64,000 nt of DNA. Source: a virus. Where the stretch lies: positions 31,985 through 95,984 of IMG/VR virus record IMGVR_UViG_3300022752_000035. The stretch is one strand, 5' to 3'. A program made the translations under genes and the position numbers. Shown piece by piece: positions 45,301 through 53,726 of this stretch. The number at the start of each line of letters is the position of its first letter. Positions within the stretch are counted from its first letter, which is position 1. Under the pieces are notes generated by a model that had not been told where the DNA came from, did not search any database, and worked only from the letters and a program-made list of their open reading frames with translations.

Positions 45301-47645
45301 TAAACTTGTCCTTTTATAGCCTTTTGGACATCTTCATATAATTGCGCACCTAATCCACCATTAGGTCCTGGGAAACCAAACGTTGAGAAAGTGAATTCTG
45401 GAGTATCATCTCCACGTTTACCACTATGTTTTAAAGCTTTAGCTGTTGTAGAACTTAAACCTCCTCCACTAAAAGCAGGATAAACTAATACTGCTCCAGT
45501 TTTTTCAATCTCTTCTTGACTTAATGCTCCTTTTCCTCTAGCAAGTACAGATTTTTCTGTTTGTTGTTTATAATATATTAAAGCTTGATCTTTATTTGCT
45601 GTTGGTCTTAGGAAATAACCTCCGCGAGAACTTCCATAAACTTGGTCTGCAAATGCAGGAGATTTGCGTAATGTATCATACATATCACCGCTAATAGGTT
45701 GTGCACCTTTCGTAACAATTCTATTTAAAGAGGCTGCAAAATTAGGTATAAATCCTTTACTAGCATAAGGATCAATACCATATTTATTTTTAAATTTTTC
45801 TTTATAATTTTTTCCTGCATCACTATTTTCTGGAGGCATAATTCCAGGTTGAGATAATCCAGAGAATTGTTTTACTGTTTCTGCATCGTTATAAGTTACT
45901 CTTCCATAATTTGGAATACTCATAGAGCGAACATTTCCAGGCATATATCCACCAGCGATTGCTCCCATAACTTCTCTATTAGTACTAAAATTAGGTATAA
46001 AACCTTGACTCTTTGTTCTAGCTGTTATAACTCCTTTTTCAGAAGTAACTCCTCTACCCATTAATCCTCTTGTTAAGCTTGTAGCAATAGCTGTAGATTG
46101 TTGACGAGCTTGAGATTGAGCTTGAATTACAGTCAATATATCTTTTTCAACTTGTAAAAGTGAAACTTGTTTATTTAAAATATTTTGAATTAATTGAGGA
46201 TTTTGAGCTAGAATATTATTAATACGTTCTTGAATTTGTGCTTGAGCTTGAGCCTCTTTATTTAATCCTAAAACTGTTCTAACTGCATCTGTTGTGAATT
46301 TAGCAAGATTACCAAATATTTTTATAAAAACTCCAATTAAAAGCGCGAGTCCTGGTCCAGAAATAAAACTTCCAATTCCTTCAAAAATTCCTTTACCAAT
46401 TTTACTTCCAACAGAATCGCCTTTAACATCAAAAGCTTCTAGAGCACTATTAATTCCACCTAAAACTTTTTCTATAGCTGGTGCAAAACTTAATCCACCA
46501 ATATCACTTCCTACTCTAGTTAAATTTGCTACAGTTTTATTTAAAAGAGCAGATAAAGTTTTATTTAATTCTTCGTTTCTTCGTATAGCTTCATCTGTTG
46601 CACCTTGAGAAATCTTTAATGCATTTCCATATACAGAATATTGTTTACTTAAATCTCCTAAAGCAGCTTTTAAAATATTAATTTGGAAAACGCCACCAAC
46701 TAATTCTGCTACTTGAGCTTTTTGTGCAGATCCTAATTCATCAAATTTACTTGCTAATCCAGTTAATACTTGAATCGCAGGAGCAGTATTTCCATTAAGA
46801 TCTCTAACAGCTACTCCAAGAGCTTCTAATTGATCTAATACTTCTGTTCTTTGAACTCTTGTGAAAATAGTTTTTAACGAATTTCCAATTACTGCGCCAC
46901 CTCTTGCTGTAGTCTGATTGACGCTTGCAACAATTGCTAATAATTCATCAAAGCTAACTCCAACATCTTGAGCTGAACTGCCAACACGTTTAAGAGCTTC
47001 TGCAAGATCTGCAGAGCTAACAGCAAAAGCTGCATCAACACTTGCTAATTTATTAACAATTTGCGTTGAATCTAAAGCGGTATTATTAAATGAATTAATT
47101 GAAGCAGTTAGAGCTTCTACGCTTGAAGCTGCATCTAAACCAGAAAGACGAGCAAGTACTAATGCATCACTAGTTCTTTTTAAAGTTTGTTCTACTGTTA
47201 AACCTTGACGAGCTAACTCACCAGCAGCGGTAGCGACAGTTGAGAATGCTTGACCACTATTTTTAGCTATTTCAAATAATTTGTCACCAAATTGTCCAAG
47301 AGTTTTTTGACTAGCTCCTAAAATAACATTAATATCTGTTAATGATTTTTGGACTTCTATTGTGCTACTAATTAAAGATGTAAAAGCTTTTTGTATATTA
47401 TATATTGCTCCTGCTGAAGCACCGAATGCAATAACACGAGCATTAGAAGCGTCTAGTGATTTTTGAAACTCATTTGCTGCCCCAGTAATTCTACCTAATG
47501 GTTGAGTAAAAGCTTTTGCATTAATCCCAGCGCTAAAATTAAAACCTTTACTTTCTAATCGTTTTAAAGCCGCCGATACATCCCTTTCCATTTGGGATGT
47601 ATTTGCTGATAAATTGACTTGTAGATCTCCTATATTTCCAGCCAT
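39303..47645 (-). CDS. tape measure protein (TP901-type core) with extra domains
   Basis: ELARQG...AFAVSSADLAEALKRVGSSA...TARGGAVIGNSLKTIFTR; 2780 aa; downstream of chaperones and tube. Confidence 0.9.
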   Translation of the reverse strand: MAGNIGDLQVNLSANTSQMERDVSAALKRLESKGFNFSAGINAKAFTQPLGRITGAANEFQKSLDASNARVIAFGASAGAIYNIQKAFTSLISSTIEVQKSLTDINVILGASQKTLGQFGDKLFEIAKNSGQAFSTVATAAGELARQGLTVEQTLKRTSDALVLARLSGLDAASSVEALTASINSFNNTALDSTQIVNKLASVDAAFAVSSADLAEALKRVGSSAQDVGVSFDELLAIVASVNQTTARGGAVIGNSLKTIFTRVQRTEVLDQLEALGVAVRDLNGNTAPAIQVLTGLASKFDELGSAQKAQVAELVGGVFQINILKAALGDLSKQYSVYGNALKISQGATDEAIRRNEELNKTLSALLNKTVANLTRVGSDIGGLSFAPAIEKVLGGINSALEAFDVKGDSVGSKIGKGIFEGIGSFISGPGLALLIGVFIKIFGNLAKFTTDAVRTVLGLNKEAQAQAQIQERINNILAQNPQLIQNILNKQVSLLQVEKDILTVIQAQSQARQQSTAIATSLTRGLMGRGVTSEKGVITARTKSQGFIPNFSTNREVMGAIAGGYMPGNVRSMSIPNYGRVTYNDAETVKQFSGLSQPGIMPPENSDAGKNYKEKFKNKYGIDPYASKGFIPNFAASLNRIVTKGAQPISGDMYDTLRKSPAFADQVYGSSRGGYFLRPTANKDQALIYYKQQTEKSVLARGKGALSQEEIEKTGAVLVYPAFSGGGLSSTTAKALKHSGKRGDDTPEFTFSTFGFPGPNGGLGAQLYEDVQKAIKGQVYTFIDKAALKPKDLVDDARFDNYVNANLNRSTIEAAIGGIFEAGLKSAIFSAVDDPNAPLDLSSDELKKLSTTFKGAGPLAMFSLGEVKNALNPSQANSMADKIASSKGYPLKTKGKTKALGFIPNFSPLDRALSTEEKMGGRGVLDFKPGLGLYVRDGKTQPNFAAVMRDHPEGIGNAIQNSKKMQSMMSAGFIPNFAAMDPMSLFYILQGFGGNQARSNYKVEEQRLGAILNERGRVESEILALSKNSKKNRARLNELESQRTSLLREETSQRQTLSAQTPIFARKGGSFVGGIGGVAGRAFSRYGAGLALAAPLLTDTAAQFIGDESTRGGRALKAGISGLGTTASYAGLGFTVGGLPGAAIGAGVGGIMAAYDVFQKLNDIMPDVAKSIETSTEKFNSISAATQNLSVSLETLSSIEGRSDLDAKTRLDLRNKSEQDFAKSITQLNQALPGAGDEIVDLYRKIGDTAELRQKISEVQIKAQRESKGLAAGGGLLGTTQKINDLAGEKWYDFFTSDFLKTPQEKIKGMRQTDQMSYRGYIQTAGQQLSDLFANFSKTGEAIGSVDIGKLQAAYQSGGINGIKNLVDGLVSTGEYSKLIAEELQKVDQQGTLGEYIQAWKDHQTSVEKYAQALAEETAKFTQGIKPITDLQALQRQFSLPGGITSAALGNIDYNSIEQKLSVGKSQAFGEQFSTGYKQLSDELGYGADRVKYLSEYVQKAAEIQKDWNSGAITTTQAFERLKLAIDKIEFGKNSQYMFSDERAAARQSLMERSLKQGNFKEGFDPLNSFFDRFGDNAATTADKINKSFANLADNLQTGFEDAFGAFVDGTKTADQAFQDMLLSISQQIIKEQFSIGMRSLLGGLTGGGGYNEGGGGGILSSLFGGLFGGKAQGGIIRKYSSGGHVQGGSGVRDDIPAMLTDGEYVLRKSAVNKYGIDALNMLNRGGMIKGYASGGSVNALLNNSYDFYGPDGQKLIENYMPEAFKTTVNAPEELSNVPALTGRFNISDLLSSRSLMDENNPMNALRTQRFLGMQSYQEQVANFKTGYNEQYRQVEEQRKEAQRQADEINKQRMDQYNRAKSNMLIGGLLNFGMNLAGPFLGGFGGGGGGGGLGGILGGVLNTGVGLFQDILGGKFSQFSSQPGGAIVGNKLTDDQKKAISDAIERGQRTGYGDSFAQQAQLFPQFGNQGGFGGGMGGQNFAPTSSIGGFQFGVGLGAPAGFQTYTQNAQQDYLLNFASPVAPIAPGRGNLVYDFLNQNTNPFGYSRGYAKGGLVRGYQVGGMANQYLPASALNLRVKGSDGNTYTLAQMGLTTNSTYADLQKMGGQAFGGGYNSPELLNLMSGIQGALGSNFNRLTAMNDLYHAGVRAPGTSHRTGFKGDFTLNDYTAGKQQIKDYLSSMGLSEKDYSLNFEGPQTPGATGTHFDFQLNKTGATKIAAMNMGIPAGNIAGTNTPAVMAGFGLPSKQSFPLTAFSGPTNSITNGINTIGIQPNPFANQARSANVVTNFLKSTNTPTFTGSSAAFNTNRLNATPFNIPQGGVTNTISNAGIKMPAIGGGAGGIGGALMASLGGMKNLAGKGYNALYNLGGNLYEKSIFNPNAGYQTRMSFPSPAMGDYLRGTKVTPQTTQAVAQAITQQDFLGINQISPDQILPFFQNLQNIVNQTSGNAPTLYQSIGSLYDLKNKGDYGKLASRFSSFYGNNFKNRYSAFGERGFNNYLNYIGASPFSSLSAFNMFKFPMTPNTYSPYAFGSQYFGGFGGLGYQSGFNSLGSVFSNWFSTGSRLGITPSWASRATGGMIYGGSSAKDDVPAMLMGGEYVIRKDTVDRFGQPFFDRLNRGQINGFAEGGPVGTALPSVGGGASNQQDNSRNQFVESITKLVKSLEQLNKGIEEQNKGTKAQGEDGGATTSDTTGAGGVTNNISINVNVDQNGKTTDSTKQEDQNSGTNQETDQEKFKKTMERSRVLAELLRQQILKVIVEEQRPGGVLYQGSKGRDLGR

Positions 47646-47667
47646 AATACCTTTTTCCTATCATAAA

Positions 47668-47673
47668 TTACAC
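47668..47673 (-). promoter_or_regulatory. GTGTAA putative late promoter
   Basis: 22 nt upstream of the TMP ATG; leader TAGGAAAAAGG. Confidence 0.62.
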
Positions 47674-47719
47674 ATTTATTGGAAAAATATTCGGCTAGTA
47701 TATATAATAATATTTCCTC

Positions 47720-48730
47720 TTATAATCCATGCAATTTAATAAGATCTTGCATGTCTAATTTGCCACCCTTTTTAGCCGCTTCCTTATTAAGATCAATTCC
47801 TACCGATTCATTATCATTTTTAAGGCCTAATCTCTTCATGTCTTCTGCTGTAGCACCTACTATAGATGTGGCTACATTATCCTTTTGAGCCACCTTACTA
47901 TTCTTATTAAGTACTTCATCAACATTTTTAGATCCTTCATACCATTCAATAAGTTTATCTGGATCAGTCATTAAATATTCTGGAGGTTTAGTCTTAGCAT
48001 TACTTAATATACTTTTAAAATACCTGCCATAACTGAATAATTCAATTTGATAAAAGCTTAATTCTACAAGAGGTTTACCATAAAATATATGAGGATTATC
48101 TTGACTCAAATAGAATATATTAGAAAAATATCCAGCAAGACTTATCTTTTTTAAATTTCTATCATTAAATCTACCATTTACTTCATTATAATTCTTAATT
48201 AAAACCATTATTTCCTTATTATCCAGATCCTCGTAATCTGATTCTTTAAAGAATTTCTCTTTTAAAGACTGGTCCTTAAATAAAGAAACGTACATATAAT
48301 ATTCATTAATCTTCTTAAATGTATAATCCTCTGATGTAAATCCTATTAAATCTTTCTTTTCAAATTTTAAATTCTTTAATTCTAATTCGTTTTTTTCAAT
48401 TTCAGCGTTAATTTGATCAAGTTGATTTTTAAGGAATAATTTGGTTTTTGTATTTCTTAAATTAATCAAGAAATTTTCTAATTCTTTAATTCTTTTATCT
48501 TTAGACTCTTCCCACAAACCTTCTTTTATTAAATATTCTTCTTGCTCTTTTTCAGTTGGCAATCCCATTTCTTTAGCTTTTTGGAAAAATTGCTCATTAT
48601 AAATATCTATTTCAGCAGAATCTTGATTATTAATGTGTTTAAAGAATAAAGTCCCAAAACCTTCGATATTCTTTTTAGAATATCCTTTAATGATCTCAGA
48701 AAATAAAATCTTTAAATTGTTTTCGATCAT
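47720..48730 (-). CDS. probable tail assembly chaperone
   Basis: Helical and charged; directly upstream of TMP. Confidence 0.5.
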   Translation of the reverse strand: MIENNLKILFSEIIKGYSKKNIEGFGTLFFKHINNQDSAEIDIYNEQFFQKAKEMGLPTEKEQEEYLIKEGLWEESKDKRIKELENFLINLRNTKTKLFLKNQLDQINAEIEKNELELKNLKFEKKDLIGFTSEDYTFKKINEYYMYVSLFKDQSLKEKFFKESDYEDLDNKEIMVLIKNYNEVNGRFNDRNLKKISLAGYFSNIFYLSQDNPHIFYGKPLVELSFYQIELFSYGRYFKSILSNAKTKPPEYLMTDPDKLIEWYEGSKNVDEVLNKNSKVAQKDNVATSIVGATAEDMKRLGLKNDNESVGIDLNKEAAKKGGKLDMQDLIKLHGL

Positions 48731-48733
48731 TCA

Positions 48734-49534
48734 TTATGAATCTGATTTTTTAGCTTCTTCTTTAGTTTCTGCTACAGCTTGTTCAATAGCTGAATCCTCA
48801 GAAGAAAATGCTGCGAGTCTTTCAAATTCTTCTTGAGAAGCAGCACGACCAACGTACCAAAAGCTTACAAAATAAGCCAATTTACGACAAACTAAATTTT
48901 CAAATTCTGTACCATTTTCTTCCATATCGTCATAAATCTTTAATTTGCTTTCAAATTCTCCATGACCAAAAAATGGAAGTTCATTTCCTTTATCGTCTAT
49001 CATATAAGACAATTGCAATACCCACCAAAGGATAGTTTTATTTCTGGCACGATTCTCAGCAGTTTGATCAAAAAGACTAGCTTGGGCACTTTCAAAATCT
49101 TGAATTTGTGTTCTAAGCTCTGTGAGTTCAAGAATAACTTGTTGATATCTTGCTTTTTCTGCTTCTGATCTTTCAGACTCGTCTTTGATACTTAGTTTTT
49201 GAAATTCGTTTTGCTTCTCAAAAAGTGCAACATAAAAAGTTGCATAAACGTTCTTTTCTTCTTCACTTAAAACTCCACCATCATTTGTAAATCTTTTAGC
49301 TAATAAAGCTCTTGTTAATAAGCCAGCTTTAATACCTTCTGATAAACGAACTCCATAAAAAAGTTCAGCTTCATCAAATAAAGAACGAGTTGGCTTGCGA
49401 AGAAAAACTTTGACTAATTCTTTCTTTTTTATTTTCTTAGTAGTTTTGACTTCTTCGCCTTTTTCATTTTTAGAAATTTCAATTTCTTCTACTTCTACTT
49501 CCTTTGGAACATTAAATTCAAATAGTTTTTTCAT
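48734..49534 (-). CDS. probable tail assembly chaperone
   Basis: VFLRKPTR, coiled coil, position between tube and TMP. Confidence 0.5.
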   Translation of the reverse strand: MKKLFEFNVPKEVEVEEIEISKNEKGEEVKTTKKIKKKELVKVFLRKPTRSLFDEAELFYGVRLSEGIKAGLLTRALLAKRFTNDGGVLSEEEKNVYATFYVALFEKQNEFQKLSIKDESERSEAEKARYQQVILELTELRTQIQDFESAQASLFDQTAENRARNKTILWWVLQLSYMIDDKGNELPFFGHGEFESKLKIYDDMEENGTEFENLVCRKLAYFVSFWYVGRAASQEEFERLAAFSSEDSAIEQAVAETKEEAKKSDS

Positions 49535-49793
49535 ATGCCTTTTTCCTTTCGATTGATTCTATATAATTTTTAATTTTTTTAAATTGGACTCTACCACCTA
49601 ATAGATTAATGAAGCCTTTACGTTTTTCTTCATTCCAATTATCATATACATTCTTTAAAAAATTTTGACTTGTCACTACTTCAAAAGTAGGATTTAAAAT
49701 GCCATAACTTCTTAAAGATCTTTGGACTGTTTGCAATCCTAAATTGCCTTTAATAATATCTTCTTCAGAATATTTGAAATACATTTTTTTCAT
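49518..49793 (-). CDS. hypothetical protein
   Basis: 91-aa ORF overlapping both neighbours. Confidence 0.6.
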   Translation of the reverse strand: MKKMYFKYSEEDIIKGNLGLQTVQRSLRSYGILNPTFEVVTSQNFLKNVYDNWNEEKRKGFINLLGGRVQFKKIKNYIESIERKKAYEKTI

Positions 49794-50023
49794 TTTTTCA
49801 AATCAAAATCTAATTTAGCAATATCTTCCTCTATCTCTCTTATGGTATCATTACCATAATCAAGTACTCTTTTACGATACTTTTGATATGCTTCATCACT
49901 ACTATTATACTTTGAAGCATGAGCATCTTCAAGAATAAATAAGAACTGTTTATATAAATTAGTTATTTTTCTACGAAGTTGAAATATAACATATTCCTTT
50001 ATTTTAGGATCGCCTTTTTCCAT
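49790..50023 (-). CDS. hypothetical protein
   Basis: 77-aa ORF with its own GTGTAA motif (50058-50063) and a triple AAGG leader. Confidence 0.65.
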   Translation of the reverse strand: MEKGDPKIKEYVIFQLRRKITNLYKQFLFILEDAHASKYNSSDEAYQKYRKRVLDYGNDTIREIEEDIAKLDFDLKK

Positions 50024-50064
50024 AGATTTACCTTTTAACCTTTTGCCTTACTATATATTACACC

Positions 50065-50102
50065 AAAAAAATACCCCGTCAAGGTTGAACCTGACGGGGT
50101 AT
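50065..50102 (-). terminator. intrinsic terminator after the major tail tube gene
   Basis: ATACCCCGTCAGGTTCAACCTTGACGGGGTAT hairpin followed by a T-run. Confidence 0.88.
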
Positions 50103-50124
50103 CTTATATAAGAATTATTATCTA

Positions 50125-51225
50125 TTAAGCGCTAACTACTCCACTCATCATTAATCCACGATCATTTTGATTTGGACCGCCGATTTGAGTAGAGAAGTTT
50201 AGAGTTACAGATTTATTATCACCGATAGAACTGCTAAATTCTTGGCTATCTAATTTAGCACGTTTTAAGAAGTATTTAACTTGTGTGCTTCCATCTGTTG
50301 GATGTTTTAAGGCAACACTAACATCGTAGTTTTTATCGTTTTTAATAATATCTGCTAGATTACCAGTTGTTAGATCGCCAAGTAGAGCTTGTACTTGCAT
50401 GCTAACAGTAACTGGGAATTGAATCTCTCTTGCGAAAGCGAATTTACTTCCAAGCTTTTGTAGAGGATTACGTGTTAGATCGAAATTTAATGTATAACTT
50501 TGGATCTTAGCGTCAGAAACGGTTGTGCCACCTTCGCCATATTCACTAATATCTACTGTGATATCTCCTGGGCGAAGAGCACTTACGCCTGTAGCTGCAA
50601 TAGAACTTACGGCTGTTGGCAATGCGTATTTAACTCCTGTAATTTTACTTCCATCTGTAGGAACTACTGCAGGAACATAATTACCTGTTGTACCTGCATC
50701 AAAAGCCATGTTAAGAGCTTCTACATTAACTGTAACAGTTGGAAAATTACCTACAGAACCTTCTGTGGAATAAGAACTGATGAATCCATTTCCAATACCT
50801 ATAACATTTTGATTAGCTGCACCAGTAGCAGTACCTTGAGCGTCCGCTCCTTCTCCTACTGTACGAATAAAGTAATTTCTTTCATCAGCAGTTTTGTTTA
50901 AAATTCCAGAAATGCAACTTACTTGGTCGCTATCAAAAGGACCAAATCCTAAAAGTTTTTCATTTCCAAAACTGTTTAAAATATAACTGAAATCAAGTGA
51001 TACTGTTGGAGATTCGAGAATAACACGATCAATAGCTGCTAATTCACCAAATTGATTAACGTCTTGACGAGCAATGTTAAAACTGTAATTAGCACTTTGA
51101 ACACGATGTAGTTGATTAACTAAATTTCCACTTAGATTTTGTTGATCTGTAAAATGATTGCCTGTTGCTGGACTTGGTCCTGCGTAAAGGGCTTCTGATT
51201 GATAAATAATTCTATTTCTAGACAT
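50125..51225 (-). CDS. major tail tube protein
   Basis: RVQSANYSFNIARQDVNQFG and IQSYTLNFDLTRNPLQKLG; AGGAG SD, GTGTAA at 51252-51257, terminator downstream. Confidence 0.78.
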   Translation of the reverse strand: MSRNRIIYQSEALYAGPSPATGNHFTDQQNLSGNLVNQLHRVQSANYSFNIARQDVNQFGELAAIDRVILESPTVSLDFSYILNSFGNEKLLGFGPFDSDQVSCISGILNKTADERNYFIRTVGEGADAQGTATGAANQNVIGIGNGFISSYSTEGSVGNFPTVTVNVEALNMAFDAGTTGNYVPAVVPTDGSKITGVKYALPTAVSSIAATGVSALRPGDITVDISEYGEGGTTVSDAKIQSYTLNFDLTRNPLQKLGSKFAFAREIQFPVTVSMQVQALLGDLTTGNLADIIKNDKNYDVSVALKHPTDGSTQVKYFLKRAKLDSQEFSSSIGDNKSVTLNFSTQIGGPNQNDRGLMMSGVVSA

Positions 51226-51277
51226 ATTAGATTCTCCTATATTATCTTTTATTACACTTAAATTTAATCAAATTCTA

Positions 51278-52129
51278 TTAAATTCTTGGGTTTCTGTATA
51301 CCTCTAGCTCAAAATCTATAAATGCTGATATAGCATCAGGATTAAGATCTTGATATTGGCTTCTATTTGCCACATTTTTGCTAATATATACATTTTTAAT
51401 ATAAATACTATTAGATGATCCTGCTCTTCCAGTAGTTAATAATTCATAATTATAACCAGATTTTAAACCATTTAAACTATTAAATGGCATTTCATTAGGC
51501 TGAATTATTGGAATATAAGTTCTAACAACATCTTTAAATATGCTAGTAACTCCATCCATACTATATATAGAGTCAGATATAACTATCGCTCTTACATTAA
51601 TATTTGTGCTATCTAAACCTCCAAAAGCTAATGGCTCATTATTACCACCATTATTTTTAAGATATATGGCTGGATAAGTTTGAGCATTAATAGGCAATCC
51701 AGTTGGATTTTCTATTGTTTTTGGATTTAGATTAAATTTAGTTTCAAATAATATTTTTTCTTCATTTTCGTTTGTAAGATAAATGCCGTAATCTTTAACA
51801 GCATAGCTTCCGCTAATAGTTGGATTATCAAGCTCTGAATCAAAGTAAATTTGACCTTGATCAGCATTAATTGATACTAAACCGCTTTGTCCAGTTGTAA
51901 TAAAATTATTATTTAAATAAACTCCACTTATAATATTAGCCCCAGTTATAGATTCGTCTCTTATTAAATTCTTAAAAGGTGCTCCATAACTATAATAACC
52001 ATTATATATATTTGTAATAGGATAAAATTCGCTAACATGATTATTAAAAGCTTCTCCTTTTTTGACTAATGTATGATCAAACCAAAGCGTCATGCTACTC
52101 ATTAAAATATTTTCAAATTGTGGCTTCAT
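51278..52129 (-). CDS. probable tail terminator/completion protein
   Basis: YPAIYL...AFIDFELEVYR; immediately upstream of the tube gene. Confidence 0.5.
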   Translation of the reverse strand: MKPQFENILMSSMTLWFDHTLVKKGEAFNNHVSEFYPITNIYNGYYSYGAPFKNLIRDESITGANIISGVYLNNNFITTGQSGLVSINADQGQIYFDSELDNPTISGSYAVKDYGIYLTNENEEKILFETKFNLNPKTIENPTGLPINAQTYPAIYLKNNGGNNEPLAFGGLDSTNINVRAIVISDSIYSMDGVTSIFKDVVRTYIPIIQPNEMPFNSLNGLKSGYNYELLTTGRAGSSNSIYIKNVYISKNVANRSQYQDLNPDAISAFIDFELEVYRNPRI

Positions 52130-52743
52130 ACATTTATTTTAATATTAACTTTTGAATAAAATTTTTTCAATATTTGTTTCATGTATGGGGTAGGTTTAAA
52201 GCTTCCACTCCTAACTTCAGATTCAGATTGTATACCAGTTGAGGATCTACTATTTTTAATAAATTTTCTAAATATATAATAACTAAATCCCGAAATTCCC
52301 TTTTCTATGCCTCTTACCCAACTTCTACCGCCTTCAAATGGCATTGGTGTTACAGATTCAATTTCTTCAAGTGTTGGACCAGAAACAGAAAAATTTATTT
52401 TTAGATTTTTATTATTAACAGATATATCAGGTTTATTACTAATTTTCACAGAGTTTTCTAAAATTTCTTTTACTGCCTCTGTTGGATTCGAACCTTCTTC
52501 AAATCCAATATAACTAAATAAATTACCTTGTCCAGCTAAAGTATTTGAAATATTTGAAGCTTCTGGCCCATTTTCAATTTCTTTAGTAACTGGATGGTTT
52601 TTATATTCATTTAACATTTCTTGTTTATTTTTTTCAACGTATTCTTCAACTAAGCTATAAACTTCTTTACGAATAAAATTAGTCATTTTAGAGTTTTTAG
52701 CGATTGCTTCTGCAATTTTATTTTGATTTAATTTAACTTTCAT
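52126..52743 (-). CDS. probable neck/tail completion protein
   Basis: Synteny; C-terminal FKPTPYM is HK97 gp10-like. Confidence 0.45.
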   Translation of the reverse strand: MKVKLNQNKIAEAIAKNSKMTNFIRKEVYSLVEEYVEKNKQEMLNEYKNHPVTKEIENGPEASNISNTLAGQGNLFSYIGFEEGSNPTEAVKEILENSVKISNKPDISVNNKNLKINFSVSGPTLEEIESVTPMPFEGGRSWVRGIEKGISGFSYYIFRKFIKNSRSSTGIQSESEVRSGSFKPTPYMKQILKKFYSKVNIKINV

Positions 52744-53186
52744 TATGAAGCGGATTCTAAAAAGAAAACAAAATGGTCCAATGTAATAAATTTTTTAAGA
52801 GTATAATCTGTGATAACATTATATGGCTTATTATCAATCATAATTTTTTCAGTTTTTCCATGGCCTACAATAAAATCTTTAGCTTCTTTTTCAACTTTTA
52901 TTTTAACAATACCTTTACTTACTCTGCTTTTTAATTCTGGTAATAATTCAAGATCTTGTTTTGGATTATATTTAACTTTAGCTTGAAATGCGCCGCTGAC
53001 TGGTATATAAGTGATATTATTTTTAATTGCAGCCTCACCATATCCAGGAAGTGAATTTGTAGAAAGTTGATTGATTATTTTTTTAGGTTCTTTGTAGATT
53101 ACTATTTCTCTAGAGAAGGTATCAAAAAGATCACCTAAAACTCCTGTTGCATTTGCTATCTCAATCGCTGATAATAAACTTGGCAT
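52743..53186 (-). CDS. probable head closure/stopper protein
   Basis: Synteny; beta-rich, IMIDNKPYNVI. Confidence 0.45.
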   Translation of the reverse strand: MPSLLSAIEIANATGVLGDLFDTFSREIVIYKEPKKIINQLSTNSLPGYGEAAIKNNITYIPVSGAFQAKVKYNPKQDLELLPELKSRVSKGIVKIKVEKEAKDFIVGHGKTEKIMIDNKPYNVITDYTLKKFITLDHFVFFLESAS

Positions 53187-53704
53187 TAGATTGTTGACCT
53201 TAGATAAATTTTACCTGCATTATCTCCTTGATAAATGCCAGCGACAGTATCATCGCCAGCAACTTGAAGAGGTTTAGCTTCATTAAGATTATAATTTTTA
53301 GTCAGAACTGTTAATTCATCATTAATTTGTTTTCTTAATGCTGCATAATTTTTAGCAAGTTCATTTTTATTAATTTTTGTTACAGAACTTCCTTCATCAC
53401 TTATGCTTACTACGCTATCTTGTGTCGCAGCATATAAAGCGTTACGAAATAGTCTTTCATAAAAGTGAATACCATAAATCATTTTAAATATGCTTTTTTC
53501 TATATCTCCAAAAACATCTCCTGAGTCTTCTGTAGCAGCTATCTCAAGAGTGTCTTCTGTTATATAAAATCTTTTATTAATTAAAATATTAAGATCACCA
53601 ATATTACTTCTTAACCAATAAGCTATAGTAGGAATACTAATGTCAACTGGTTCACCTAATTCATCATATAATTCAGTAGCTATGTCTACAATTTTAATGC
53701 TCAT
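53186..53704 (-). CDS. probable head-tail adaptor
   Basis: Helical with VVSISDEGSSVT; GTGTAA 10 nt upstream (53715-53720). Confidence 0.5.
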   Translation of the reverse strand: MSIKIVDIATELYDELGEPVDISIPTIAYWLRSNIGDLNILINKRFYITEDTLEIAATEDSGDVFGDIEKSIFKMIYGIHFYERLFRNALYAATQDSVVSISDEGSSVTKINKNELAKNYAALRKQINDELTVLTKNYNLNEAKPLQVAGDDTVAGIYQGDNAGKIYLRSTI

Positions 53705-53726
53705 ATAATAAATATTACACTTTAAA

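Noticed and set aside
48720-48800. Programmed G/GT-type frameshift between tail chaperones
   Set aside because: The two ORFs are in the same frame, separated by TAA TGA then ATG, so a -1 shift would not fuse them.
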